Source: a virus (Duplodnaviria; Caudoviricetes). Taken from it: DNA of 61,822 nt. Location of the stretch: positions 1-61,822 of the IMG/VR virus record IMGVR_UViG_3300032285_001570. One strand, given 5' to 3'. The position numbers and the translations under genes are program-made. Position 1 is the first letter of the stretch. Each line of letters begins with the position of its first letter. Below the pieces are notes generated by a model. The model saw nothing but the letters and a program-made list of their open reading frames with translations, was not told the origin of the DNA and did not search any database. Shown here piece after piece: positions 1 to 9,718 of the stretch.

Positions 1-76
1 AACTGTCGCAAGCTCAATTGCCTCTTGCTTCTCTTTAGATTTACGCTCGGCGATGTCTTTTTCTAACCGAGCCTGA
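1..76. repeat. Terminal direct repeat identical to 61747-61822 (circular assembly overlap)
   Basis: The 76-nt AACTGTCGCA...GAGCCTGA occurs at both ends. Confidence 0.97.
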
Positions 77-474
77 CGGATTGCTTCACGACGCGCGTCA
101 TCTTCAGCACCGATAATCCGTTGACGTTCTGCGCACAGTTCTTGGTAAAGCGCCAACTCGCCCTTCATCGTGAACATATCTTTTAGCTCACGCTCCATAT
201 CGCGCATTTGTTTGCGCTGCATGACGATGTTGAACGCTTGCTCAAGCGCAGTCTGGTGCGCCTTTGCGCCTTCGGGATCTTCAGGTGCGGGCTTATTTTT
301 AGCGGCTTCGGCTTCAGCAGCGGCCTTTTCAATCTGACCTTGCGCGGTAAAGAATTGGCTTAGTTCGTTGTAGCAGTCCTTGATCTCATGCCCAAGATTG
401 ATTGCCTCTTTAACGTAGGCAACCCCAGTCTTCGCCGCTGCGAACGCTACACCAATTGTGATCGGATCGATCAT
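1..474 (-). CDS. Origin-spanning 177-aa coiled-coil protein with C-terminal TM helix, 5' part (continues 61746..61687); lysis-module neighbour
   Basis: Not in ORF track. ATG at 474 gives MIDPITIGVAFAAAK... open to base 1, continuing VMALMIAVGAILWFMIEVM* after the join. Confidence 0.85.
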   Translation of the reverse strand, partial: MIDPITIGVAFAAAKTGVAYVKEAINLGHEIKDCYNELSQFFTAQGQIEKAAAEAEAAKNKPAPEDPEGAKAHQTALEQAFNIVMQRKQMRDMERELKDMFTMKGELALYQELCAERQRIIGAEDDARREAIRQARLEKDIAERKSKEKQEAIELATV

Positions 475-482
475 TGCTGCAC

Positions 483-1631
483 CTATGTCTTGATGATGTA
501 CGACACGACTAATGCTGGTGGGACGTTAGCGCTGCTACCCGTGCCGGATGAAGCAGTTGTTCCGCTGTATGTATGGGTGTGTGGAGCACTAAAAGCAACA
601 ATCGTGTTTGTCTGAGAGTTACCGCCGTTACCGTTAGCGTATTGATAAGAAACAGAGAACGGGCCTGAGAACGCTCCGCTAGGCCAATTTACGTTTGCAG
701 CCGTTGGAAAGCTACCAGAAATTGTGGTCGAATCAGATGTGCCGCTGTATGTGTGCGTGTGGCTTGCTAATGCTTGGTTACCACCTGAAGCACCCAGCGT
801 TGTACCATCAACACCTGAACCCGCTGTCGTCAAACGACTGGCAGCAGAGCCACCCATATTGTCCTGACCAAATAAAGAGCGACCGCGCAAGTCAGGCACG
901 TTAAACGTAGTTGTCGTATCGCCAGCACCGTATGTGGTTCCGATTGCCGCAAACAAGTCAGAGTACGTTGTGCGCGAAATAGCCTGTCCATAGCACAGTA
1001 ACCAGCCTGACGGAGCAGACGAACCAGCGTATGGCATAAGCATGCCGGAGGCAAATGGATTAGTATTTTGAAATGTCGGTAGAGCACCAGCACCATTGCT
1101 TGTTAGGACTTGACCTGCTGTGCCAACACTAGCCACCGACTGATGTGCGCCAGTAGAAGTTGTGCCGCCGCAAATAACTGCATAGGCAGTAGAAGAAGTC
1201 ACTCCCGTGCCGCCATATGGCACGGTCAAAGTTGAGCCAAGGTTGTTGATCGCGGTAACAACGTCTGTTCCATTGTTCACAAGCACAACTTTTGCAGTAG
1301 CAGGGATGGATACGCCAGTCTGACCGCTGACCTTAACGGTGATCGCGGAAGCCGTGTTGTTGTAAAAGAAGTAAAGCTTTTTGTTAGCAGGGACCTGCAC
1401 CGTGCCGCCGCCCGTGCCGGTCAACTCGATGTACATATTACGAGCCGTGCCTGACGCACCGGATGGGATGGTGATGGTGTCGGTTCCACCTGAGCACGAG
1501 TAAGTCACATAGCCGCTGATGGCTTGCTCAATCAACGTGCCGAGGTTGGTGTTTGTGGTATTACCCCACGTACCAGATTGATCACCTGTGGCAATCAGTT
1601 CAATACCGAGGTTAGTTGAGTATGTAGACAT
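483..1631 (-). CDS. Tail fibre protein with phage tail-collar domain
   Basis: GMLMPYAGSSAPSGWLLCYGQAISRTTYSDLFAAIGTTYG...PDLRGR collar signature. Confidence 0.85.
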   Translation of the reverse strand: MSTYSTNLGIELIATGDQSGTWGNTTNTNLGTLIEQAISGYVTYSCSGGTDTITIPSGASGTARNMYIELTGTGGGTVQVPANKKLYFFYNNTASAITVKVSGQTGVSIPATAKVVLVNNGTDVVTAINNLGSTLTVPYGGTGVTSSTAYAVICGGTTSTGAHQSVASVGTAGQVLTSNGAGALPTFQNTNPFASGMLMPYAGSSAPSGWLLCYGQAISRTTYSDLFAAIGTTYGAGDTTTTFNVPDLRGRSLFGQDNMGGSAASRLTTAGSGVDGTTLGASGGNQALASHTHTYSGTSDSTTISGSFPTAANVNWPSGAFSGPFSVSYQYANGNGGNSQTNTIVAFSAPHTHTYSGTTASSGTGSSANVPPALVVSYIIKT

Positions 1632-1640
1632 GGTTATTCC

Positions 1641-1922
1641 TTACGGTTTCGGGTACTTGGCTTTTACCGCCAAACATGCATCAATATACGCTTGCACCTG
1701 CGCTTGGTCACCTTTAACAATTCCGTCTAAGTAATCATGGACATTAGGGTACTCAAGGGAACGTTTTTGTGCGTACGTAAGGTTAACAACTACAACCTGA
1801 GACGCACGAATGGCATCTGCTTCTTCGTCTGTAATTTGTACGCACTGTGGTAGCCAGACTGCTGGGTCATCCCCTTCGTCCAGCCAATATAGTTTGTTAT
1901 CTGAGTCTTTGAAATGTGGCAT
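1641..1922 (-). CDS. Probable tail fibre assembly chaperone
   Basis: Small gene between fibre genes; C-terminal R..EYP...VKAKYPKP typical of fibre-associated chaperones. Confidence 0.55.
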   Translation of the reverse strand: MPHFKDSDNKLYWLDEGDDPAVWLPQCVQITDEEADAIRASQVVVVNLTYAQKRSLEYPNVHDYLDGIVKGDQAQVQAYIDACLAVKAKYPKP

Positions 1923-1931
1923 GGTAAATCC

Positions 1932-2717
1932 TTATCTCAATTCGTACCAAGCACCAAAACCACCAGTACCAGAAAAAACGTAAGTGGTCCCGTTTGGAAC
2001 AACTGCACTCATAGTCAAGTAATGGTATTCACCGGAGCCGTCGTTATTACCATATTGCTCACAAACTTGGACACCACCCACAGTCAAATACGCAGTGTAT
2101 AAAGTACCAACATAAGCCGAATGCCTTGCAGTAATGTTTACCATTATTGGTTTGCCAGTGCTATTGGTGTATGTCGTACCAGAGGCTCTTGAACTTGTAA
2201 CATCTGACCAAGATTGGCTTATACCAAGACCAGCTGCTGGCGCGGCCTGAAATGTTGGCAAAGCACCTGCGCCATTACTCGTTAATACCTGACCTGACGT
2301 ACCAGCGCTTGCAATCGACTGTAAAGCACCTGTTGAAGTAGTGCCTCCGCACTGAACAGCATATGCCGTGGTTGAAGCTACGCCGGTCCCCCCTGCTGTA
2401 ACAGGCAAAGTACCAGTGGTTAGCGCCGAAGTAGACGTGGCGTAAACCGCACCACCCGAGGTGAATGACGATAAGTTCGTGCCGCCGTTAGCCGTTGGCA
2501 ACGTACCTGAAATACCGCCGGATAAAGACACGCCTGTACAGTTCGATAGGTTGCCGGAGGCAGGAGTGCCAAGCGCCGGTGTTGTTAGCGTCGGGCTAGT
2601 CAGTGTCTTGTTGGTCAGCGTTTGTACGTCATTAATCCCCACGACAGCACTGGTTGGGTTGCCAGTACCACCCGCAGGGAAAGTAACGCCGGAGCTTCCG
2701 TCTATCGTTGTTGGCAT
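1932..2717 (-). CDS. Tail fibre / receptor-binding protein
   Basis: [11 protein letters not shown] and GGT repeats; C-terminal [14 protein letters not shown]...WYELR head domain. Confidence 0.75.
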   Translation of the reverse strand: MPTTIDGSSGVTFPAGGTGNPTSAVVGINDVQTLTNKTLTSPTLTTPALGTPASGNLSNCTGVSLSGGISGTLPTANGGTNLSSFTSGGAVYATSTSALTTGTLPVTAGGTGVASTTAYAVQCGGTTSTGALQSIASAGTSGQVLTSNGAGALPTFQAAPAAGLGISQSWSDVTSSRASGTTYTNSTGKPIMVNITARHSAYVGTLYTAYLTVGGVQVCEQYGNNDGSGEYHYLTMSAVVPNGTTYVFSGTGGFGAWYELR

Positions 2718-2720
2718 GTG

Positions 2721-5225
2721 TTACCTCGCACGGGCGTATTTAAATGGGTTTTCAGCAAAGGCAGCGTAGATGTATGCGCCACCACTAGCGTTCATGCTTC
2801 CAGCGGCATCTCTTAACTTAAAACCGTTGGACAGCAAGTCAAAATTTTCTGATGTGTCTTCGGCGTTTGTTAAATTTGGGAACAATCTATTTTGGTCTGC
2901 ATTGTATAGCCCACGCACGCTATCAATAATTAACCAGTTGCTAGTCGTGTCTGTGCGTTTGAATAATACAAAACTTGGTCTAAAGCCTGTGTAGATAAAT
3001 GCGCCATCAGCCGAGCCGTTGCCTGTGTACGAACCAAACGCGCTGTATCCAGCGATGGCTGCAAAGCAATAGGCGATATTTGTGCCGGCTTGGTTGGAGT
3101 TAGATGAAGCATTACCAACAGTAAAGACAGTGCTTGTTGGTGCGGTGTTATTCCATTCTTGAGCAGATGTTGTTTGCGCTTGAGTGCTATTCAAAAGCAA
3201 CCAGTTTGTTGCACCAAGTGCTGAATGGTAAACCGCCCACGACCCAACACCGCCACGATACTTTGCAATGACCATTGATGGCGCAACACCCAATCCATGC
3301 CCAACAGTTGCACCAGCGGTAGCGTTACCTGTATATGAAACAACGCTAAATCCAGCCGTGGTATTTGCACTTACAGACGACGTAATGGTGCCGCTAGTGT
3401 TGCTGACCGCTGTGCCACCTGCCTTCCAGTTCCAGCCAACATAGGTTGCGCCAGAGTTGTTGTAGTTTGTGTCTGTACCTAGTGTAAAACCGGTAGAGCC
3501 AAAAGCAGTTAAACCGTTCGTATCGGTTGTTTCAGCACCAGAAGTATCAGAGATCAGACCCTTTGTAACTCCTCTTACCGAGTCAGTTAGCTTGTGATCT
3601 GTAGCAGCAGAGCGAGACTTAACCCACACCAAGTCCGGTTGGAAAGAAAAGTTGTTTACCGTATTAGCAATTGTTTGAGTCGCACTAGTACCCGTATACA
3701 GCGTAGTCGCCATGTAGTTCGCGCCATTGTTGATTGTCGGCACGGATATGTTAGTAGAGCAAAGTGCTTTAAAGCCTGTAGGTGCTGTGTAGCTGAAGGC
3801 GCGTTGCCCGAAGTTGATGCTGAAGTTTGTCGCAGCACCACCGGTCGAGACGGTGATAAATGGAAGCCAATTACCCGCGCTTATTCCTGTGTATGTGCCA
3901 ATTAAAGAACCGTTCTTGTAAAACGCAAGACTATTCGCCGTACCATCATAAGCAAAACCAATTACATCGTTTGCAACATAACTAAATGCTGAACCTGTAT
4001 ATGTTGGGCTACCAGCATTTGAGGAAACGGCTCCGGTATTAAATACAACTGCATATGATGTTGAACCGGGACCGGCAGAGTTAACATCCATTGCCATGTT
4101 TTTGTAATAACCAATCCCAAAACCAGCATTGGTGTCTGTGGGTATCGCCTCCCAATACGATTTTCCGGTACCAAGAAGCATCGTTCCTGCAATGATCATT
4201 CGACCAGCGTTTCCTGCTGATGCAGAGCAAGCGTAGGTTAAGTTTCCGTTGCTTGATGTGTATAACGGCACGTTAGTATTGGAGATTGGATTTAACGTAC
4301 AGTAATTTCCACGCACCTCACCACCAACACCAGTGTCTCCATTCGCAGACTGCGTTGGCGAATCGACCATGCTGTCGTAGGTAACGCCAGCAGTTACGCT
4401 GATATTGTTAGCAGTCCAGTTATTGCTGTTGCCCGAGTAGTCGTAGCCAATCGTCGTGGTGCTAGTTGGGTCTTTGAAGTTGAGATAAAAACCGTTCGTT
4501 CCATACGCGCCAGTGTAAGGCAGCGGTTGCCAAACATTTGATACGGTATCTATGTAGCCAAAGCTAGATGGAGTTAAGGCCTGACCGTCGATAAAGTTAA
4601 TCTCGGTCATGTATCCGTCAAAGTAATACGTCGTGTCATTACGCATCCTTGCGATGTACGCTGCTTGCGTAGAGTTCCATAATGACTGTGTATTTTGAGA
4701 TGGTTGAGTATTGGTAGCAAATGCTGTTACACGAGATCCGTTGAAATACAAACGCAGTCTTTCAGTAGAGGTTGCGTTGCCTGAATCCCAAACCACCACA
4801 ACGTGATACCACGCACCGGGGTCCCTATATACTGGTGTTGTTGTTAATCGACCACGGATTGTGGAAGTATCACGAACAATAATGTCCAGCTGGTCGCCAG
4901 TAGACGCAGGACCAAAGTAACAAATAGTGTCGGCAGCGTTAGTCGCACCACAGCCAAACAGTGCGTAACCGTTGTTTGATAAAATGCCGCGTTTAAACCA
5001 GCAGCTATAAGTCCATGTGGTTCTGTTTCCAGCCGTTGTTGGAGTCCGGCTGAAATAAGCGCTTGCGCTAGTGCGCGTACGTACACTACGGCTAATCTGA
5101 TAACCGGGAGGCCAGATGCCAGCCTTCTGGTATTGCAAAGCATCATCAAGCGTCCACATGCCCGACGCTGCTGTCGGGGATGGTAATACCGGATTCTTGG
5201 TGATGTATCTGCCAATATAGTTCAT
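2721..5225 (-). CDS. Virion adhesin with LamG/ConA-like and SPRY-like lectin domains
   Basis: WTYSCWFKRG...WYHVVVVWD...FDGYMTEINFIDG (LamG); YWEA...DVIGFAYD...FYKNG (SPRY). Confidence 0.75.
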   Translation of the reverse strand: MNYIGRYITKNPVLPSPTAASGMWTLDDALQYQKAGIWPPGYQISRSVRTRTSASAYFSRTPTTAGNRTTWTYSCWFKRGILSNNGYALFGCGATNAADTICYFGPASTGDQLDIIVRDTSTIRGRLTTTPVYRDPGAWYHVVVVWDSGNATSTERLRLYFNGSRVTAFATNTQPSQNTQSLWNSTQAAYIARMRNDTTYYFDGYMTEINFIDGQALTPSSFGYIDTVSNVWQPLPYTGAYGTNGFYLNFKDPTSTTTIGYDYSGNSNNWTANNISVTAGVTYDSMVDSPTQSANGDTGVGGEVRGNYCTLNPISNTNVPLYTSSNGNLTYACSASAGNAGRMIIAGTMLLGTGKSYWEAIPTDTNAGFGIGYYKNMAMDVNSAGPGSTSYAVVFNTGAVSSNAGSPTYTGSAFSYVANDVIGFAYDGTANSLAFYKNGSLIGTYTGISAGNWLPFITVSTGGAATNFSINFGQRAFSYTAPTGFKALCSTNISVPTINNGANYMATTLYTGTSATQTIANTVNNFSFQPDLVWVKSRSAATDHKLTDSVRGVTKGLISDTSGAETTDTNGLTAFGSTGFTLGTDTNYNNSGATYVGWNWKAGGTAVSNTSGTITSSVSANTTAGFSVVSYTGNATAGATVGHGLGVAPSMVIAKYRGGVGSWAVYHSALGATNWLLLNSTQAQTTSAQEWNNTAPTSTVFTVGNASSNSNQAGTNIAYCFAAIAGYSAFGSYTGNGSADGAFIYTGFRPSFVLFKRTDTTSNWLIIDSVRGLYNADQNRLFPNLTNAEDTSENFDLLSNGFKLRDAAGSMNASGGAYIYAAFAENPFKYARAR

Positions 5226-5413
5226 TTTATCTTTGCCATGATCTCGTCAATGGACTCCGACACTTCCCACGTATTGCCATTCAGGGCGTAGGCAATAACA
5301 ACCTTCTCGCCTTCTTCTGTGGTGTGCGGAAAGAACGACATGATCCCATCGGTGTTGATGATCAAACCCTCACCGATACGACCCTTTGTTGCGTTCGTGA
5401 GTTTAATTAACAT
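5222..5413 (-). CDS. 63-aa FlbD/SwrD-like protein (start revised to ATG 5413)
   Basis: MLIKLT...IINTDGI...NGNTWEVSESIDEIMAKI resembles the FlbD pattern. Confidence 0.55.
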   Translation of the reverse strand: MLIKLTNATKGRIGEGLIINTDGIMSFFPHTTEEGEKVVIAYALNGNTWEVSESIDEIMAKIK

Positions 5414-5771
5414 TAGCGATCTCCACCCACGAAGTGGCGGCTTCGTCCCATGTATATGCTTTTCCATCGGTTGGCATTGGTGTCGGCGCACCCCACAAGC
5501 AGGTGTCCTCGTTCAGCACCCAAGAAGCAAAAGGCTTAGGTGGAATGAAGGCATCGCGCTGTGCGTCGTAGCTGTAGCCAAGGCCCGCATAGTTCTTGCG
5601 GAATGGTGTGCCGCCTAAGGCATGAACGCCACCGTGCGTGTTGTAGGAAGTCTGCTTGTAGACATCGCCAGTACGCGCAGTAAGTTCTGCTTCTTTGCCG
5701 TTGTCCTCTTCACGCCCAACGGTGACAAACACCACGATATTGTTTTCATCTAATTTTGCAAAGTGTGCCAT
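5403..5771 (-). CDS. Conserved phage protein accompanying Gly-rich adhesins (possible chaperone)
   Basis: MAHFAKLDENN...QTSYN...RKNYAG.GY.YD...DAFIPPKPF.SW; RBS AGGA. Confidence 0.7.
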   Translation of the reverse strand: MAHFAKLDENNIVVFVTVGREEDNGKEAELTARTGDVYKQTSYNTHGGVHALGGTPFRKNYAGLGYSYDAQRDAFIPPKPFASWVLNEDTCLWGAPTPMPTDGKAYTWDEAATSWVEIANVN

Positions 5772-5779
5772 GTGAAGTC

Positions 5780-8700
5780 CTAGTTAAAGGTTACCGTTTC
5801 AGATGTTGTGGATGTAGCAGTCACTGTGTAGATGTTATACCCAGTAACAGATGTTGATACAGATGAAGTAACGCCGCCAGAGAAGGTTGCAGTTACGGTT
5901 GAAGGCACCTTGATAATCACCACGCCTGAACCTCCAGCACCACCGTTGACACCGCCACCGCTTTGATAAGCCGCGCCCCCACCACCACCGCCGGTGTTAG
6001 CCGTACCCGGACTGCCTACGTTGTTCCCACCCCCAGCACCTGCGTTACCACCACCGCCGGTTCCGCCGCTACCAGCGGTTCCACCTTGGAATGTTCCACC
6101 GCCCCCGCCACCAGCATAAGTTACAGATGATCCGGAGATCGTTGATGCAGTGCCCGCGCCACCGTTACCGCCGTTTGTGGTAGTACCAGCAGATCCAACA
6201 GCAGATGATCCACCACCACCGCCTCGTCCGTAATTACTACTAGCTACGCTATTACCACCAGCATAGCCCTGCACTGGAGTAACAGCGGGGACATTACCTG
6301 CGCCGCCCGTTTCACCACCACCACCTGATCCACCGCTTATGCCGTTATCAGGGTTCCCGTTACCACCTCTACCACCACCAGCAGATGTAACAGAACTAAA
6401 GACTGAGTTTGAGCCGCTTGTTGAAGATGCTCCACCTGCACCAACCGTTACTGTGTAGGCAGACCCAGTCAATAAAGTTAAAGAGGATGTACGGAAACCA
6501 CCTGCACCGCCACCGCCACCGTAAACATTACCGCCACCAGCGCCACCAGCAACCACTAAATATTGCGCTGGGAATGCGCTTGCTGGGACAAAGGCAACCG
6601 TCTCACTCGTCGTGCTAGTTGCAGTCACAGAGTAGATGTTGTATCCGCTAACCGATGTGGAAACGCTGTAGGTAACACCGCTTGAGAATTGAGCGTAGTA
6701 GTTTGATGGGATCTTCATAATGACGATGCCAGACCCACCAGCAGCACCAGCAGTACTTGGATTACCGCCTCCACCCCCACCGCCACCTGTGTTCGCAGTT
6801 CCAGCAACAGCCGCTACCGTTGCAGATGGATAGTCAGAACCATTTCCACCGCCCCCAGTACCGCCTAAAGCTCCTGTACCACCGCCACCGCCAGCATAGG
6901 TTACGCTTGAGCCAGAAATAGAAGATGCTGTTCCTGGGCCACCCTGACTGTTTGGACTACCTCCCGGAGAAGGTTGACCGACACCACCTGCGCCACCACC
7001 GCCAGCGCCAGCATATTGCCCCGCAGTTCCTCCGTTGTTGCCTTGTGATGGACTTGTACTTGGCGTATTCCCCGAACCACCAGCAAAAGTGCTTGCGGTG
7101 TTTGGACCTGAAGCACCACCACCTGAACCACCGTTACCACCAACCCGCTGGTTCCACGCTCCGTAACCACCGCCCGCAGAGGTGATTGAGGCAAGTACAG
7201 AATTGTTGCCCGCGCCACCGCTTGAGCCACCAGCGCCACCAGTGCCAGCTGTTCCACCTGCTCCTACAGTAACAGTGTATGGAGTTCCAATTGCTAATGT
7301 TTGCGTTGTGGCAGACACTCGGAAACCACCCGCCCCGCCACCACCACCAGAAGTAACTGTGGGGTAACCGCCACCGCCACCACCTCCACCACCAACAACG
7401 AGGTAATCAATCTTCACGCCGTTGTAGAAGGTCACTGTCTCCGATGTGGTCGAAGTAGCTGTGACGGAATAGATGTTGTAACCAGTCACCGATGTTGTAT
7501 CGGTTGTGTAAGTTACTCCGCTTGAGAATGTGGCAGTAAAGATTGACGGGATTCTAATGATGACAATGCCTGAGCCGCCAGCGCCGCCGTTCTGATTTGA
7601 AGCGTTTGCTCTACCACCGCCTCCTCCACCACCGGTATTAGCTGTGCCATTAGAACCAACGGTATCGTTTGATGCTCCACCAGCGCCACCACCACCTAGT
7701 CCACCAGAACCAGCTGTAAGACCAGAATTTGTGCCGCCTCCACCACCTCCACCGTAATATGTGCTTGAACCAGAAATTGCTGTTGCTGATCCATTACCAC
7801 CATTACCGCCAGATGTTGATGCAGTTCCGTTGCTACCAATAGCTCCAGCTCCACCGCCACCGCCGCCGACGTTTACGGCACCGGTGCCGCCGTTATTACC
7901 TTGCGATGGGATTGTGCTTGGAGTGTTTCCAGAAGCGCCAGCACCCCCGGCACCACTTGCGCTTCCAGTGCCGCCGCCTCCAGAACCACCGGAAGAAGGT
8001 GCCGCAAAAGTTGAAGAAACGCTACCAGATCCACCACCACCACCGCCTGTTGAGCTTGTGAAGCTAAAAGTTGAGTTGCTTCCAGAGGTGCCAGCAGCTG
8101 ATGCAGATGTACTGCCAGCTCCACCGGCGCCAACAGTCACAGTGTAGGCAGAACCAATTGACAATAATTGAGATGCGAGCAATTGATAACCGCCGCCTCC
8201 ACCACCGCCAGATCCATTTGCTGTTCTTCCTGCGCCGCCACCACCTGCGACGACAAGCACATCAGCGAATAAAGCTCCAGAGTAGAAAGTAACAGTCTCA
8301 CTCGTTGTTGAAGTGGCTGTTACCGAATAAATGTTGTACCCGCTGACAGCGGTACTTAGTGTGTAAGTAACACCAGATGAAAATACTGCTACGCCGGGGT
8401 TTGGTACTTTGAGAACAACGATGCCGGAGCCGCCAGCAGCACCGTTGTTTTGAGTGCCGCCAGTAGTTTGACCTCCACCACCACCACCCCCACCAGTATT
8501 GGCTGTGCCTGCTGTTCCTGCACCGCCGCTGCTTCCTCCAGCACCGCCACCGCCAGAACCACCAGAACCACCGGTAGCAGTATCACTTTGAAAAGATGAA
8601 CCACCACCGCCTCCTGCATAAGTTACAGAAGAACCTGTAATAGTTGATGCAACGCCAGCACCGCCAGAACCGTTAGAACCAGCACCACTATTCCCACCAA

Positions 8701-9292
8701 CCGCAGAAGCACCGCCGCCACCAGCAGCAGTGTTGTTGTTTAAACCACCTGCATAAACTGCGCTACCACCAGCGTAGCCTTGAGATGTTGTTCCACTACC
8801 TCCAGCATGAGTAGCCGAACCCGATTGAGCGCGATTACCGCCACCACCAGAACCGCCGTTGCCACCAATATATGAAGTTGTTGAACCGCCGCCGTAACCA
8901 CCACCAGTGGATGTTATTGACGCAAAAACAGAATTTGAACCGACAGAACCAGATGAGCTTGTACTTCCAGCGCCACCAGAACCTCCAGCACCGACTGTAA
9001 TCGTGTAAGCAATGCCGACAGCTGTACTTAGCGTCGTTTCAGCAGACGCACCGCCACCACTAGTCCCAGCACTTGTGCGATAACCACCAGCACCACCACC
9101 GCCACCGATATTGCCTCCACCCCCGCCACCACCCGCAACAACAAGGTAGTCAACAAAAATGTTTGGAGGCCACACGCCCTGCGCTTGATAGTAAAGCTGA
9201 CGCGCAAGCGTCCACATCCCTGACGCAAAGCTCGCGTTAACAGTGGGCGCAGTGGCGCTAATTACTCCGCCGGAGTATCCGTGGATTGGCAT
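5780..9292 (-). CDS. Glycine-rich virion fibre/adhesin with four tandem Gly-rich domains
   Basis: Four YLVVAGGGGGG...NTGGGGGG...GGSGIVI units joined by a repeated GYNIYSVTATSTTSETVTF linker. Confidence 0.8.
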   Translation of the reverse strand: MPIHGYSGGVISATAPTVNASFASGMWTLARQLYYQAQGVWPPNIFVDYLVVAGGGGGGGNIGGGGGAGGYRTSAGTSGGGASAETTLSTAVGIAYTITVGAGGSGGAGSTSSSGSVGSNSVFASITSTGGGYGGGSTTSYIGGNGGSGGGGNRAQSGSATHAGGSGTTSQGYAGGSAVYAGGLNNNTAAGGGGASAVGGNSGAGSNGSGGAGVASTITGSSVTYAGGGGGSSFQSDTATGGSGGSGGGGAGGSSGGAGTAGTANTGGGGGGGGQTTGGTQNNGAAGGSGIVVLKVPNPGVAVFSSGVTYTLSTAVSGYNIYSVTATSTTSETVTFYSGALFADVLVVAGGGGAGRTANGSGGGGGGGYQLLASQLLSIGSAYTVTVGAGGAGSTSASAAGTSGSNSTFSFTSSTGGGGGGSGSVSSTFAAPSSGGSGGGGTGSASGAGGAGASGNTPSTIPSQGNNGGTGAVNVGGGGGGAGAIGSNGTASTSGGNGGNGSATAISGSSTYYGGGGGGGTNSGLTAGSGGLGGGGAGGASNDTVGSNGTANTGGGGGGGRANASNQNGGAGGSGIVIIRIPSIFTATFSSGVTYTTDTTSVTGYNIYSVTATSTTSETVTFYNGVKIDYLVVGGGGGGGGGYPTVTSGGGGGAGGFRVSATTQTLAIGTPYTVTVGAGGTAGTGGAGGSSGGAGNNSVLASITSAGGGYGAWNQRVGGNGGSGGGASGPNTASTFAGGSGNTPSTSPSQGNNGGTAGQYAGAGGGGAGGVGQPSPGGSPNSQGGPGTASSISGSSVTYAGGGGGTGALGGTGGGGNGSDYPSATVAAVAGTANTGGGGGGGGNPSTAGAAGGSGIVIMKIPSNYYAQFSSGVTYSVSTSVSGYNIYSVTATSTTSETVAFVPASAFPAQYLVVAGGAGGGNVYGGGGGAGGFRTSSLTLLTGSAYTVTVGAGGASSTSGSNSVFSSVTSAGGGRGGNGNPDNGISGGSGGGGETGGAGNVPAVTPVQGYAGGNSVASSNYGRGGGGGSSAVGSAGTTTNGGNGGAGTASTISGSSVTYAGGGGGGTFQGGTAGSGGTGGGGNAGAGGGNNVGSPGTANTGGGGGGAAYQSGGGVNGGAGGSGVVIIKVPSTVTATFSGGVTSSVSTSVTGYNIYTVTATSTTSETVTFN

Positions 9293-9304
9293 TACAGCAC
9301 CTTA

Positions 9305-9709
9305 TTAGGTGATTGCTTCAAACGACGCAACAAAAGTCAGCGCGCTACCTGTGGCCGATGTAACCGCAACCGATTGGTTTTCAGTCACATAAAATGAAGT
9401 TGTTTTATCAACAACAATCAACGATGCATTAGCTGGCACGCTGATCTGATACGCCTGATAGACAGTAACAGTTGCGCTGCCGAAGGTCGCGTTGTTTCCA
9501 ATCGCAACCGTCGCGTTCACCGCTGATGATGTGGTGTTAGACACAACAATACTGTCGATTTTATTTACGGTACCAGCCGCTGGAGTTAACCCAGTTAACG
9601 ATGTCGTGCCGTTATAAGTCCACGAGGTCGTGGCTGTGGTTCCGCTGGGAACAACATAGGCGGTGTTCCCATTGATGGTTGTTACATTAACGATATTGGG
9701 GTTAGCCAT
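9305..9709 (-). CDS. Virion structural protein
   Basis: Thr/Ser-rich beta protein MANPNIVNV... in tail cluster. Confidence 0.6.
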   Translation of the reverse strand: MANPNIVNVTTINGNTAYVVPSGTTATTSWTYNGTTSLTGLTPAAGTVNKIDSIVVSNTTSSAVNATVAIGNNATFGSATVTVYQAYQISVPANASLIVVDKTTSFYVTENQSVAVTSATGSALTFVASFEAIT

Positions 9710-9718
9710 GACTGCTCC

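Noticed and set aside
483-2717. Diversity-generating retroelement at duplicated fibre segments
   Set aside because: No reverse transcriptase; similarity is at protein level, not adenine-specific
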